A stretch of DNA of 39,516 bases, from the NCBI GenBank assembly GCA_002633005.1, contig NMRA01000014.1, positions 1,713,505-1,753,020 on the forward strand, written 5' to 3'. A program made the translations under genes and the position numbers. The notes under the pieces were generated by a model. The model was given only the letters and a program-made list of their open reading frames with translations. It did no database searches and was not told where the DNA came from. The stretch is from Phoronis australis (Eukaryota > Animalia > Phoronida). Positions 24,798 through 36,551 of this stretch are shown in pieces (within the stretch, counting starts at the first letter, position 1; each line of letters begins with the position of its first letter).

Positions 24798-25733
24798 GTG
24801 AAGGCTTTTCTAGCTGAAAATTTCCCAAACTTGTACAAATAATCGTAAGCTCGTCTGGTAAGCGTACGAAAGTCTTTTGAATACTAATTAAAACGTAGAA
24901 AAAGCGAAACATTTTAATTGAAAGAACGCAAATTGCTACACGACTTGAAAATTGCCATTTTACCTGAAAACAAACCGCTAACACTTCAGCTGATCATGGG
25001 GAATTTTGCAATTCCCCAACACGTCCAGACCGACGAAAAAACATGAGCATCAACTTTTTCAAATCATGAGCAAAAAACAAAAACAAGTAATAACATTTTT
25101 GGGCTTGATCAACACGTGATGAAATTGCACTGTAGAAACTCACTATCTTACATGTATGTTGCCTGATTTTGCTCTTAAATCATATACATGCAACAAGATT
25201 GCCATCCGATTAAACACAAAAATGCTCTTCACCAATTAATCGCAGCCTTGCTGCTGCTATAACGAGGCCCCAGGGGAAGTTGACCGTATATACACCTTCA
25301 TCAGTGCTTACGAAGAAACAACCTAAAACCGTGTCGGTGCAATGTTGGGTTATTCGAATAAATGACGTCATAATAAGCACAGGTGCACGTGAACGCTAAA
25401 GGGACAATCTTGGCGAGAAAATTACGTTGACAGAAATTTGTTGGGGGCGCAGAATCGACCCCACTAACTGCCCACTAATACGCTAGCATTTCACAGACAT
25501 GATTTGCATTGTCTCGCTTAGTACCACGGCATACTTCTCGAAAGAAACGCTTCATAACTTTAAATGCTTCCGTGTATACTATAATGCCATTGGGCGTGAC
25601 AGAAAAGAGAAACAATCAAACTGCTCAGTAATGTTTACTACTTTGTACCTCACAAGTACCAACAGGAAGACGTTACTCCCAATGTTTTTTGTTAATGTCT
25701 CCCAGTTACCACAGTCAGCCGGCTTAAGTCAGA

Positions 25734-26390
25734 AATTTTAGTTTGATGGCACAATCATGTCAGAATGGGGTCGCAACCATGCTCAAAGTACATGGACTTA
25801 AAGCGATCCTCACTTTGAAAAAGGAGATTGCCAAGCTGAAACATGCCCCGATGCTATGGTAACCAAGTATTATTTCAGACAAAATTTGAGAAGAAATTCA
25901 TGTTAAAAGCAGGCTACCTGTCATAGAGTACTTGGATTGACTCCTTGTTGAGCTGAATAGGGTATCGCTACCATGGTAACCAGGTATTTTCACAGTCCAG
26001 ATGACCAGTTTTAGGCTCGATGACAGTCATGTGAAAAGGCAGGCAACCAAGATTAAATAATTTTAGTGAACAACCCTAACAACGTATTGTAGATGACAAG
26101 CTTGAACGTGCACACTTGCCATGGTAACCAGGTATTTTAGAATTACAACAGTAAAGTAAACAGCACACGCCACATACTGCACCAACAAAATTTTAAAGAA
26201 TTTAAACGGTTTAAAACAAACACGGTTTGTTCTATCTAAATATTCCATATCCTGGTGCACACTTTGGAAAATACAAACATGGTTGCCAAGGTAACACATA
26301 TGAAAACATGGAAATAGCCTTTTAACAATGTAAACGTGAAAGATGCGTGCACCAAATGCAATAGATTTAGAAAAATTATTAACGAAAATC
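25734..26390 (+). repeat. Second, internally duplicated copy of the X-box-bearing repeat
   Basis: Two TTTTAGG(T)TYGATGRCAGTCATGT units (25736, 26008) and three (C)ATGGTAACCARGTATT units (~25855, ~25971, ~26119). The 3' part aligns with 23719-24000. Confidence 0.8.
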
Positions 26391-27183
26391 AAAGAGTGGT
26401 AAGTCGAAACAGTTGCCCCACTTTTATTGTTCTCAAACACTCCTTCAACATTTGTCATTTTTTAAGAATTCATGAATTTGTAACAAACACACTACAACTG
26501 TTTTTGATTCTAGCACTGGTTTTCTTGAGAATAATTTTACTCGCTTGTAAGGACATGGCTACATGTACCACAAATGTAAATAAAATACCGGGTTCACAAA
26601 TTTGTACAGTACTAGCCCAGTGCATGTTTAGTTCGTAGTTTTTATGATTTGACTTCTGTTGTATACGATACCAAGTGTACTCGGGAACTTCGAACTTGTC
26701 AATGCTTATCATAAATTCCCACAATTAAGGCCATCTATTTATGGGCTTACTTTCCAATAAAATAAATAATTCTTGGGCAACGCACTCCCACTATTATAAA
26801 CCTTTTGTATTTTTTCATTATTTAATTCAATATTTTGATGAAATGGCTTCAGTCAATTAATTGTTTAATATTATTAATTGTAGTAATACGCATAATTGAT
26901 GATTGGCAGAATACACAAGAAAAAAAACGACTGGCCTAATACCTGAAGAAATGCTACGGACTAACAGTCGAATACAAACTCAAATTTGCGATCGCTGCGT
27001 TTTCCACTGTTCCCAGAAAATACATGTCAAATGTAATGAAACGCCCTTATATAGGTAATTTTGGTTTAAGTCTTCATTGTCTTTCTTCCGCACAGAATCC
27101 TCAGAAAATGTATACTGTTTTATCAGTGATTTTTAGTTTTTTGCCTAGTGCATTAGCCTTTTGAGCTTCGTTACACGTACATG

Positions 27184-27233
27184 TACGTCATACGGCCAAT
27201 GCTTTCGTGACAACATACGTCATACGGTCAATG
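27184..27233. repeat. Direct duplication of an 18-mer (period 32)
   Basis: TACGTCATACGGCCAATG (27184-27201) and TACGTCATACGGTCAATG (27216-27233). Confidence 0.85.
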
Positions 27234-28732
27234 AGTATACAAGTCTATCTCTTGATTTGAAGTAAGGTCAGCAAATTCTTAGCATGGTAACATTTGATTA
27301 CTTGAGGTATACAAGTGTCATGAGACTAAATAACAACTTGTGAATGCAGAGCTATCGGAAAACACTGAAAGTTTAATGAAAAATCCCAATGCAAATCGTA
27401 TTGGAAATCATGCCGTGACATTTGAACTAAGATAGATACCGTTCTACGTATACTTAAAAAGCCAAAATTGAATTGTATTAAGAGCTTAGACTTTGTAACG
27501 CAATTTTTGTGTACCTAATTTTACCACTTTGAATAATGGCCAATTTAAGTGAAGCCGGGTGGCAACACCCTTCGCAAGTGCCTCCTTGAATGCAGACATA
27601 CCCTGGCAGGGGAGTTGCTTTCGTTATATGACCTTGCTCTTCATTAGTTAGTCTAAGCATAGACTATAGTACATGGACCGCCAACTCCGTATACTTTCAA
27701 TGGACGAAATATGTGATCTTACGCACAAGCCCTTACGTCATTATTCACTGACGACACCTCGCTAAATTTTCTGGTGCAATTTCCGGCAAGTACGTCGTCT
27801 GCTAGTCGTGGTCGGCTACTGTGTGGCCGGTTGTTCGGCCACACACGCGAAATGCAAAGGAATTAGCTTACATACCATCCTAAGACCCCATAATCGGCTG
27901 TGGGAAGAAAAGCTTACTTCTTGTGTCAACGTGAATGTCATTTGTTTCCGCAATGAGACTTATTTGTTCAAGGCACTTCGAAGATGAATGTTTTTAGAGG
28001 CTTAGTCTACTACTTAATCTTGTCCTCACAAATCCATTTTTCTTTTTTCCGTTTTTATGAAAACTGTCTGGTAAACTTTTTGACGAAAATTGTCCGCTTA
28101 TTTTCTTCCAAAGGAAGTGACTCATGAACTCCTGTCCTTACGAGGAACTTCAGTCATAGTCTAGTGAGCGAATTAACCAAATTACTCTCCGCTGGCCCTG
28201 ATCAGACGGTTGGTCTCGACAGAATGCGCACATTTGGCCAGGATTTGGATCAGCGATTTCAACAAATTCACATTCGTATACAAATAAATAGAACGCTAAT
28301 AAAGCCTTTAACATAATAAAGATTACATTAATACTTCAGAAATAACCACCTGGACCCGTCAAACTCTATCTCGCAATTCAACAGCATGTTACACAATACA
28401 CTGTATATGCCGCAAAAATATCTCGACTGTAGTCTATGAAAATGCAACCAACTTCTTTGAAAACATGGAACAGGAACACCAGAGGGGTGTGAAGGTTGTT
28501 TTTATTCTTCAATGTTAAATTTTTGTAAGCGGCCAAATGTTTTTTTAAATTTCCGCCTTAAGTCCTAACATTTCCAAACTTAAGCCATTCAAACGAACGT
28601 TTATGACGAAAACAAAATTCTTCAACCAGTTTTGAAAAGTTCTATGCCACCTGTAGGGTACAATCCCACTCCTAATGTAACAAAAGGGTCCCGTGCATAA
28701 AGGATACTAAGTATTGCCCTTCTGAAATATTA

Positions 28733-29442
28733 CCGTATTTGCCCTAATAAGAGGCCAGGGCGCTTAGAAAAATCCGCTTCAGGAAGGGGGCGCTTATTAT
28801 AGCCCAAAAGTAGTTGAAACCCGGTCTCCGAAACAGGTGACATCGTAAGCTAGAATTCATCAAATTTACGTTCTGTGACGAATCTGTAACCTACATGTAT
28901 GACAGAGTTTTTACAAAACTGCAGTGCATTGCTATCAAACTATGTTGTCAACTTACGAGCATTTTTCAGAAAATCCCACTGCCAAAAATTGCCGTGAATC
29001 AGGTTTCGAGTTCCTCAGCTTGGTTTAACTATATATTATTAAACCATAAAAATGGTTCCAAGTGATCAGTGCAATGCCTGCGCATGTCTAATAAATGTGT
29101 ATCATGCAGCTCCTGATTTAAACAAAGGTCTGTTTTTTTTAATTTTGGTCCGGTATAAATAACGCCACAGACCTGATAATGCAGCGAAACATTTCTACCT
29201 TACAAATCTGACAATCCCTAGTCTCAGAAAATTTGAGCACCCGGCAAAAGATACTAATGATGAAATTCTGGTGATGATAATCACCCACTTTGTTTATTTA
29301 CTTCACCTCAATTTGAAATACTTAAATGAAGCCCATTCGAGTAAGCACCATGTGGGTCCCAATGCCAACCCAATATATGACAGAACCCAACATGCTCAAG
29401 TTGCAGTCAAATCAGGATGGGCATAAATAAGGAGATTTACTG
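28733..29442. mobile_element. pogo/Tigger-like non-autonomous element, TA TSD
   Basis: Left end TA|CCGTATTTGCCCTAATAAGAGGCCAGGGCGCTTA. The degenerate right end TGGGCATAAATAAGGAGATTTACTG|TA has reverse complement TA|CAGTAAATCTCCTTATTTATGCCCA. The right boundary is less certain. Confidence 0.55.
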
Positions 29443-30803
29443 TATCAACAGATTGGCCAAATAAGAATAAGATACAAAGTGTTGCTACAGTGCACACGTG
29501 CACGAAACTTGGTCTATTACTTTCCCGTCGTAAATGCATGAACCAATCAAATCACCAATGGCGCAAAGTTTTCGAAAACAGCTCGATTTTTAGGGAGTCC
29601 TGTTACTGTTCTATTTATTTTCAAAACTTTATTGTGTTACATTTAATTTATTTCTGTTCAGCTGAATGAAGCCACCTAATATGAATGCATTCGACACAAT
29701 TAATGCATTGTAAAAAACAAAAGTTATGCTCTATCAACGTTAGACAAAATCAGTAGACCCCTTTCTTAAAAATGGGTTAAAAGTTAGAAACAAAGGACAC
29801 AAGTTTCCATCACTTGTAACGTCAATTTTCGACATTGATGTTGGGGAGGAACATCAGTCTGGCGACAGCAACACCGGGAATCGTACGAAAGCGATGATTT
29901 TCAAAATTTGATTCGTTTTCGTTCTATGTCTTTTTTCCCTATGGTTCAGGGTTACTTCTGAATCAAAATGTGCCTTAACGCTTAGTTCTACGTTATTTTG
30001 AGCGTGCTTTACATGTATGAACGAGATATAGATCCGTGGGAGTACAGTGTAGTTCATACTCTAGTCAGGTTAGCTCGCCTCTTTCATCCGCTAAGAAGCA
30101 GCTAGTTTGAATGTCAGAGTTTGCTGTCAGAATTTTTTTAATAATTAAATAAATAATCTACCCCAGCGAAGAATACGTCGTTATTGCTGTTTTATTTTGT
30201 CAGTAAGAACAGCGCCGAGGAAAACACCAACAGCCATGTATTGTTTTTCTTTTACCTATCTACTCAGTGACGTCATCGGTCTCTGTGACATCTTGACAGG
30301 TTCTGAATCGATGGAAACACGAAAAGCAATCATTTGAAATAATTCCAGTGAACAATATCGCTGCAACCTGAAACAGGAGTACAATAATTTGCGGCAATCG
30401 ATCACAAAACAAACCTACGGAAAACACAAGCAGAAGATGTGAATAATTTAACAGACCAGGAAAAATGAACGAAAGAATTCGAACACATAGTGTTTAGATA
30501 AATAAGATATTCTTAAGTTGTTCTTGTTTATATTCTTAATATTGAATATAAGCTCATAGCGTGGGAGAAAGTGATAAAAAGCGGCACACCCAACGTATTC
30601 TGTTACGTCCTCTTATCAAACGAATCCGACTCAACTATATGCTTTAAGTTTCTTAAGATAATTGTGCCGTTGAATGGCACAAGCTTAAATAGCTGTAGAT
30701 TTAAAGTCCAACTTGAAAAGGATTTATTGTCCGTTAGTCTACTGAATATAACCTATTAGACACCAGATTTAAGTGAAACTTTATTATAATCAACCCATAT
30801 ATA

Positions 30804-31065
30804 CAAGGTGCCCCCAAAATGTACTCACACTTCAGTACCACGCCGGAAGCTTTGAGTTTTCATTTTTTCCTGTATCAGACTTAGGACCCGCGGATTTACA
30901 CGTATGTGCGTGAGCCGTTGCGCCCATCACATACACAAGAATGGAAAATAAAGAATTCAGTTCGGGAGAACGAAGAATTGTCTCGCACTGCTACCGGAAC
31001 TTGAAAATGTCAAGGAAGTGCAAAGACAATGCTCTTCTTCCGGAGTTAAACCAGCAATCCATTTA
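30804..31065 (+). mobile_element. 5' relic of a mariner-like element: TIR + DUF4817-type HTH transposase N-terminus
   Basis: TA|CAAGGTGCCCCCAAAA is a mariner-like terminus. From the ATG at 30941 it reads MENKEFSSGERRIVSHCYR, then after a frameshift LENVKEVQRQCSSSGVKP (cf. ER..I...Y...EN...VQR.F....P). Confidence 0.6.
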
Positions 31066-32903
31066 GTTTGTTTTAAAGACTTAATGTCTTTTTGATCACC
31101 TCTTCATGAGGTGAAACCTGTATCAGTGATCTTAAACTGACAACGTTGTTATTGTCACTTGAAACAGCTACAAAACCGCGTTGTGTATCAAATTAAAAGT
31201 GAATTTTGATTCAGATCACTTACAGCTATAAATTTAGTATCAATTAGTTCCTGGTTCAGATCACGGCTGTGTTGGCAAATAATTGACTGTTGTAAAAAAC
31301 ACATTGATCGGCGCACACAATGACAAGCCGTAGCAAGCAAACTTAAATGCCTGGTTAGAAGAAAAGCGATCTATTAACTCTTTTGAAGCCAGAAATCATC
31401 TGCACTTATACTAAAAAGAAAATTGAGGCCAATTTCATACCGGATAAGCGGTCTAAACAAAAAGTTAGTCTTGGTGATGGAAGTCGCCTTTAATACCGTT
31501 TTAATCGCTTAGATTGTTGAGACCACTTTCCTCACTCGTTGTAGGCATACTAATGCCGTAGATGACGTATCCCACTTTCTTGCCCATGATTGGTTCAGCT
31601 GAAACTTAGTCGCGGATGAATGGGAAGCTGGCAGTGAGAACAATTTGGATGATTGTGTGCGGTATGCGAAAGAAACTTTCGTTGTTGAGACATTCCGACA
31701 ACGAATATAATTATGAAGAGCATAGAGCCAATCAAATGCCTTAAGAGGAATGTTTTTCGACAGAACCGCTCTCGATAAACACAGAGTTACCAGTCAACCA
31801 CTATCAGTTAATACCGTTTTGCTTGTTGTGACGTAACCAATTTCTGGTGCGTTTGAAAATATATTTTAATAACATTCAATTAACGATTATAATGCATTCC
31901 AATGGTTAAATATGCAATGTCTCATTAAAACCGTGAGTATTTAAATTTGTAGCAAACGCCACTCTGTGACCGTGTGTACACGTATAACCAGGAAAAGAAA
32001 CAATTTTTAACAATTTTTAAATAAATTGCGGTTTTAAAGAAAACACCACAACTAATAGTGAAATGGACAAATAATAAAAACTGTGCCATGTTATTAGGAT
32101 AACAATGACATATTACCATACTCATTTACATAAAAATAGTCACGCAAAACGAGAAAAAACTGTATTGGCGAACACATTCTCTGAAGTACTATTCGCTATA
32201 ATTGGGCTGATGTTCGATAATAATCGACACAAAACCGATTATGATTAAAAGTCAAGCGCTCAAGTTGATTTCAACACAATCTATTGATCAAATACAAAAT
32301 ATAGAAATTTCTCTAAAAGATCGGACAAGAACGAAAATATTTTTAACGACTTTCTCATGTTGATCAATGAACCCAACAACTTCCATGTAATTTTTCGAGC
32401 TCAAAATCAATCATTTTTTTCCATCAGATAAGTTACTTACTGGGATATCCGGTGTCAATTAAAGCCTTTTGAGTAGTTCTATAAACAGCTTTGACTGTAA
32501 AAGCAAAGACTCCTGCGTTCGCGAAAACTGGAAATAATGATACATGTTTTTGACAACCGGATTATATGTACTGACGGGAAATCCGGGATCCCCACTGGAG
32601 GAAGGTACTAGAACATTGAAGGAAATTTCGCGACTTTCATGCAAAAGTTCACGTCTGACGAAATTACGGAAGTTTTCGTAAAATTCACTATTACATACTT
32701 AGAGAACATGGTCAAGTGACTATAAACATCTATATGCTACTTACGAGTAAATACGTGTAATACGTTTCTTTAATCAATAAGGTTTCGTAAACCGAATGTT
32801 ATTGTCTAAAGGGCACATCAAATGTCATTCTTGGAGACGAGTGCTTACACTTACCCAAATCAGATTATTGATGATCGGTTGTTAAACATTGTCAAATTAC
32901 GTT

Positions 32904-33050
32904 AAAATCGCGCGATTTTCGGACACTGAAACTAAATTCCAATAGAACAATTTCATTCTTGGTCCAATATCGTGCGACAAGATTTTTGTGGTGTCCTAAT
33001 TTGGAAACAAATATTTTTGTCCTAAAATGACGGGTTCCGAAAATCGCGCG
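32904..33050. repeat. Perfect 15-bp inverted repeat with an embedded 16-bp palindrome
   Basis: CGCGCGATTTTCGGA (32909-32923) pairs with TCCGAAAATCGCGCG (33036-33050). AAAATCGCGCGATTTT (32904-32919) is itself palindromic. Confidence 0.85.
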
Positions 33051-33890
33051 TCTTTGCCATATCCATGCCAGCACCTGTGCGAATCTCACCGTTGTACCTA
33101 CACGTGCATACAATGTCCAAAGTTTCAGAAGCAAGTCAGTCCATCATCGTAAAGGAAGTAGAAAACCCTCAAAAGGGCTGCAACTATTAAAAAAAAACTG
33201 AAACCAGCCCGACATCAGTAGCAGCGGTAAATACACAAACTATCAAAACTATCCCCAAATGGTGGACATTATATGTAACTATAATATTACCAGTAATCGT
33301 TCTCAGTTTCTGTAGTTAATTTGGCGTATTGAAATGCATTTAGCAGCATGTCAACTAATTTAGAGCTTGAAACCAATACCAAGGTACGGAGTTCACACAA
33401 ACGTTCTTATTTTAAACCTTACTTAATGAATTAAACTTGTCAGCAGTTGTCTAAAAGCATTCAACTAACGAGGCGTAAAATGTTAGTAGTTTCCATATTA
33501 AAGCGACTTCTCAACAACATCCGGGCAAAATTTGCTTCCTTGTACGAAGAATACCGTTTCTTTTCAGCTTACGCACAATGGATAATAACTATAAATTAAC
33601 TTCACACGTGCCAATATACATGCGCACCAATCTCGGGTGTTGGCCAGGCTCAAAAACGGATAACCAACGTCTCAAAATGCCTCTTACAAAAACACGCTTT
33701 GTCTTGAACAACAGAATTAGACATTGGGCCTCTGTGCTCTCGCAACGCTAAATAGTTTCATGTACATACATGTATTCATATTTCTGTATATTTGCTACGT
33801 ACGCCAACATTAGCGTAATATTATATTCTTACTCTAATCAGGCGCAACAGCCTGTGCAAATGTAGTTCACAAAGATTGGTTTCGAGAGTA

Positions 33891-33971
33891 CTGTGCAGGA
33901 CAAATTGCCACGGCGTCCCAAATTGCCAGAGCTTCAAAACCGTCAACGTTACGCGAATTTTCACAAACATT

Positions 33972-34032
<61 letters not shown>

Positions 34033-34266
34033 CAATTTGGGCCTGTGCTATAGTATAGGCCCAAATTCTCACACCGTTACAAACAGTCACAGATTCAAAA
34101 TTCTGACAGTTTGGATCAGTGCTGCAGACCTTAATTGTCACAATTTGCCCAAATTGTCACATCAGTTTTTGCGTGTGTCATCTGGGCCTGTACTATACAA
34201 GCAAAAATTGTCACAATTTTGAAGCTGTATTAGTTTGGGGCGGTGTCACAATTTGGGCCTGCACAG
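33891..34266. mobile_element. MITE with ~55-bp imperfect TIRs and internal TIR-TIR junctions
   Basis: Left end CTGTGCAGGACAAATTGCCACGGCGTCCCAAATTGCCAGAGCTTCAAAA versus reverse complement of the right end CTGTGCAGGCCCAAATTGTGACACCGCCCCAAACTAATACAGCTTCAAAA. TA precedes the left end. An internal palindrome AATTTGGGCCTGTGCTA-TAGTATAGGCCCAAATT lies at ~34034-34067. Confidence 0.75.
33973..34030. repeat. (GT)n microsatellite
   Basis: About 29 GT units with one interruption, inside the MITE at 33891-34266. Confidence 0.98.
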
Positions 34267-35292
34267 AGCACGCAGTCAATAACATACATGTACATGTATC
34301 TACGTCGCAAATCAACACTAGCGTGCATTACATGTATCTGAGTAATATCTGGTCACAATTATCTTCACATAAGACCACATATCTTGGAATATCGGACATC
34401 AATAGCAGTGCCAAATGAACATGTCTGCTTTAGATTGATGTTGTTTATTTCTTTTGCTTCCCTTACTCGAAAATTGTCTCCTTGCGTACAACCTTCGAGG
34501 GGTTCACGATTTGTCGTCGATTTCCGCGAGATGCTGTTTAGCAGTTTGTAAACTGACCGATTGGAGACTGCCTCTCTCGTGAACCCAGCACGCGTTGTCG
34601 AAGTGAGTTTCGAGTCCATCGACACAGAAGTCGCTTTTCACGTGACCTGGACTGTGTTACAACACGACTGTTTAATAACATGGAGTACGCAATTTTTAGT
34701 ATTACATGGGCAAATCACAAAGTAGTGTAAATGAGAAATCCATACGCCGTACATTTTATCGTCTGCAAAACACCAAAACAACCAAACACGTGCCAACCAA
34801 ACAATGCCGGAATTCCGAGAAGGTGACAAAATTATGATTGACAAATAGGGTGTCGCAACTGTACGTACATACTCCCAGTCGGCAAGACATGCAAACAACT
34901 TCTTCAACGGGCCCATCTTAGGTGGCGAATTCCATATCTAAGTTTATTCAAACGGAGACGAGCCCCAACTCAAGAAAGATGGCGAGACTGTCTAGCTATG
35001 CTGTCTCAAGGTCAATTCAGTGCTTACCGCGGGAAAGCCTTGTTGACTGTTATTTCTATATATTTTTAAAAGACTGTTCACTAGATTCTAACTCGAATAT
35101 TTGCTACGAAAGGTGAATGAAATTTACAATTGTTAAGCTTAAAATAAACCTATTAACAAAAAGTAACTGAATTACTTTACATTGCGCGAAGTGTTTTTAC
35201 AAAAGTTGCGTCGTGTGGTTGAAAGTTTTAGATACACGTACTTTGAGTTTTTCAGCAAAAAAGATCGTTTTTACGGTTCATGTGAGAAAACA

Positions 35293-35432
35293 AATCCTAC
35301 TCTCGTCTTAGATTTATGACATGGGCAAAATCTCTTGGAAATTTCGTCAAAATCCCTCGGCAAGTGTCGGGATGTTGACGAAATTTCCAGGAGGTTTTGC
35401 CCTTGTCATCAACCTGAGACTCGTATAGGATT
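35293..35432. repeat. 140-bp foldback (long imperfect hairpin), MITE-like
   Basis: ATGACATGGGCAAAATCTCTTGGAAATTTCGTCAAAATCCC, a 12-nt loop, then GGGATGTTGACGAAATTTCCAGGAGGTTTTGCCCTTGTCAT. Looser pairing extends to AATCCTA/TAGGATT. Confidence 0.85.
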
Positions 35433-36214
35433 CTCTATTGTTAGAACAGGGCAATACTCAACAGGCAAATTTCGCCGACCAATTACTTTAGTTGCCGCTG
35501 TTTTGTCATATCGATAGGCTAGTACGCCCCACTTGTGTGATTTGTGGATGTTTTGTGAGAATTTGGTTTTCTCTCAAAAAATAGGTCTACGGAACGCTTT
35601 CCAGGTCATCACTGTGACAAAGCACAGGTTACACAGTGAGAGGATATACATGTACGTCATATCAGGAAGACCTTACTAGGACCCTGATGACGTCCTCCTC
35701 CCCATAGGCATAAAATACGTTCGGTTATGTGCTTTAATTGTTCCTGTATCATTTCGCAGCTTTTCGATTTCGGATAACTACTTGCGTAGACAATATTGTA
35801 TCTGCTGAGTTACTTATTTCTTCTTTAACCACATTTCAGCCGCTGCAATGTTTTTCTGCGGTTTCGTTCCCTGTGGCCACGCAAACCTAATTAAACGCAC
35901 GGCAATCTACTTTTTGAAAATTAGCCGGCAGAGTGCAACGTTAACTCAATCTCCTCTCAAATGAAATGAACTACCTGTACACCTGTAGCATTTTCGTGTT
36001 GTAGAACACTAAGAGACAAACAGGAGTTAATTGTAGTGTTCCCCATATATGTACAAGACGCGTATTAATTAAATGCTGTCCAAGCATATACATGTAGTAT
36101 TCACGTGATGCTTGGCATGCATAATGCTGATACTATAGATATTAGAATGGGGGCGATGCTTATTTCGCAACTAGGGTCGCTGTCTCCAATGTGCTAATGG
36201 ACTTTAATTTTTGT

Positions 36215-36551
36215 TTCCTGTAATATTACCGACAGGTATGTGAAAGATATTTCTTGACAACTAACAAGGACTTCCTGAAGCCCTTGCATGAGTGCAGCAC
36301 TGCACTTGAATCGCATTGTGGAAGCTTTCCCTCTCAGCGTGGTGTGAGGGTCAACAGCCAAACATTTGCAACGATGACCAAATCAATCGACCGCCTGCCG
36401 TCGCGCGACAAGTCTTAGAAATTTGTCAGATATATTCAGCTGCCGGAACAATGGAAAAATTGTCGGGACAATGTGCTGTCGGAATATTGGGTAAATTGAA
36501 GGAACAATGGACTGTCGAAATACTGGGTTTTCAGAGTATTAGGCTGTAACC
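36215..36551. mobile_element. Decayed foldback-type element with subterminal tandem TGTCGGAACAATGG repeats
   Basis: Five or six diverged units at 36440-36545 end in GGCTGTAACC. Inverted units ATATTACCGACAG and ATTTCTTGACAA lie at ~36222-36260. Confidence 0.5.

Noticed and set aside
24475-24984. Longest ORF (169 aa, minus strand) as a real CDS
   Set aside because: It has a non-ATG start, no recognisable domain, and overlaps the + strand exon-like segment. Likely a shadow ORF.
31490-31820. 13-bp direct repeat TTAATACCGTTTT as a TSD
   Set aside because: AT-rich and plausible by chance. The enclosed sequence has no poly(A) tail or TIR.
33821-34222. CV/HT-repeat ORFs
   Set aside because: Translations of the (GT)n microsatellite inside a MITE.
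33498-34637. Kolobok-like element bounded by AAAGCGACTTCT / AGAAGTCGCTTT (similarly 5232-6334)
   Set aside because: Only a short inverted match. The right TTAA is absent at 34637 and the 5232/6334 pair is too divergent to support a call.
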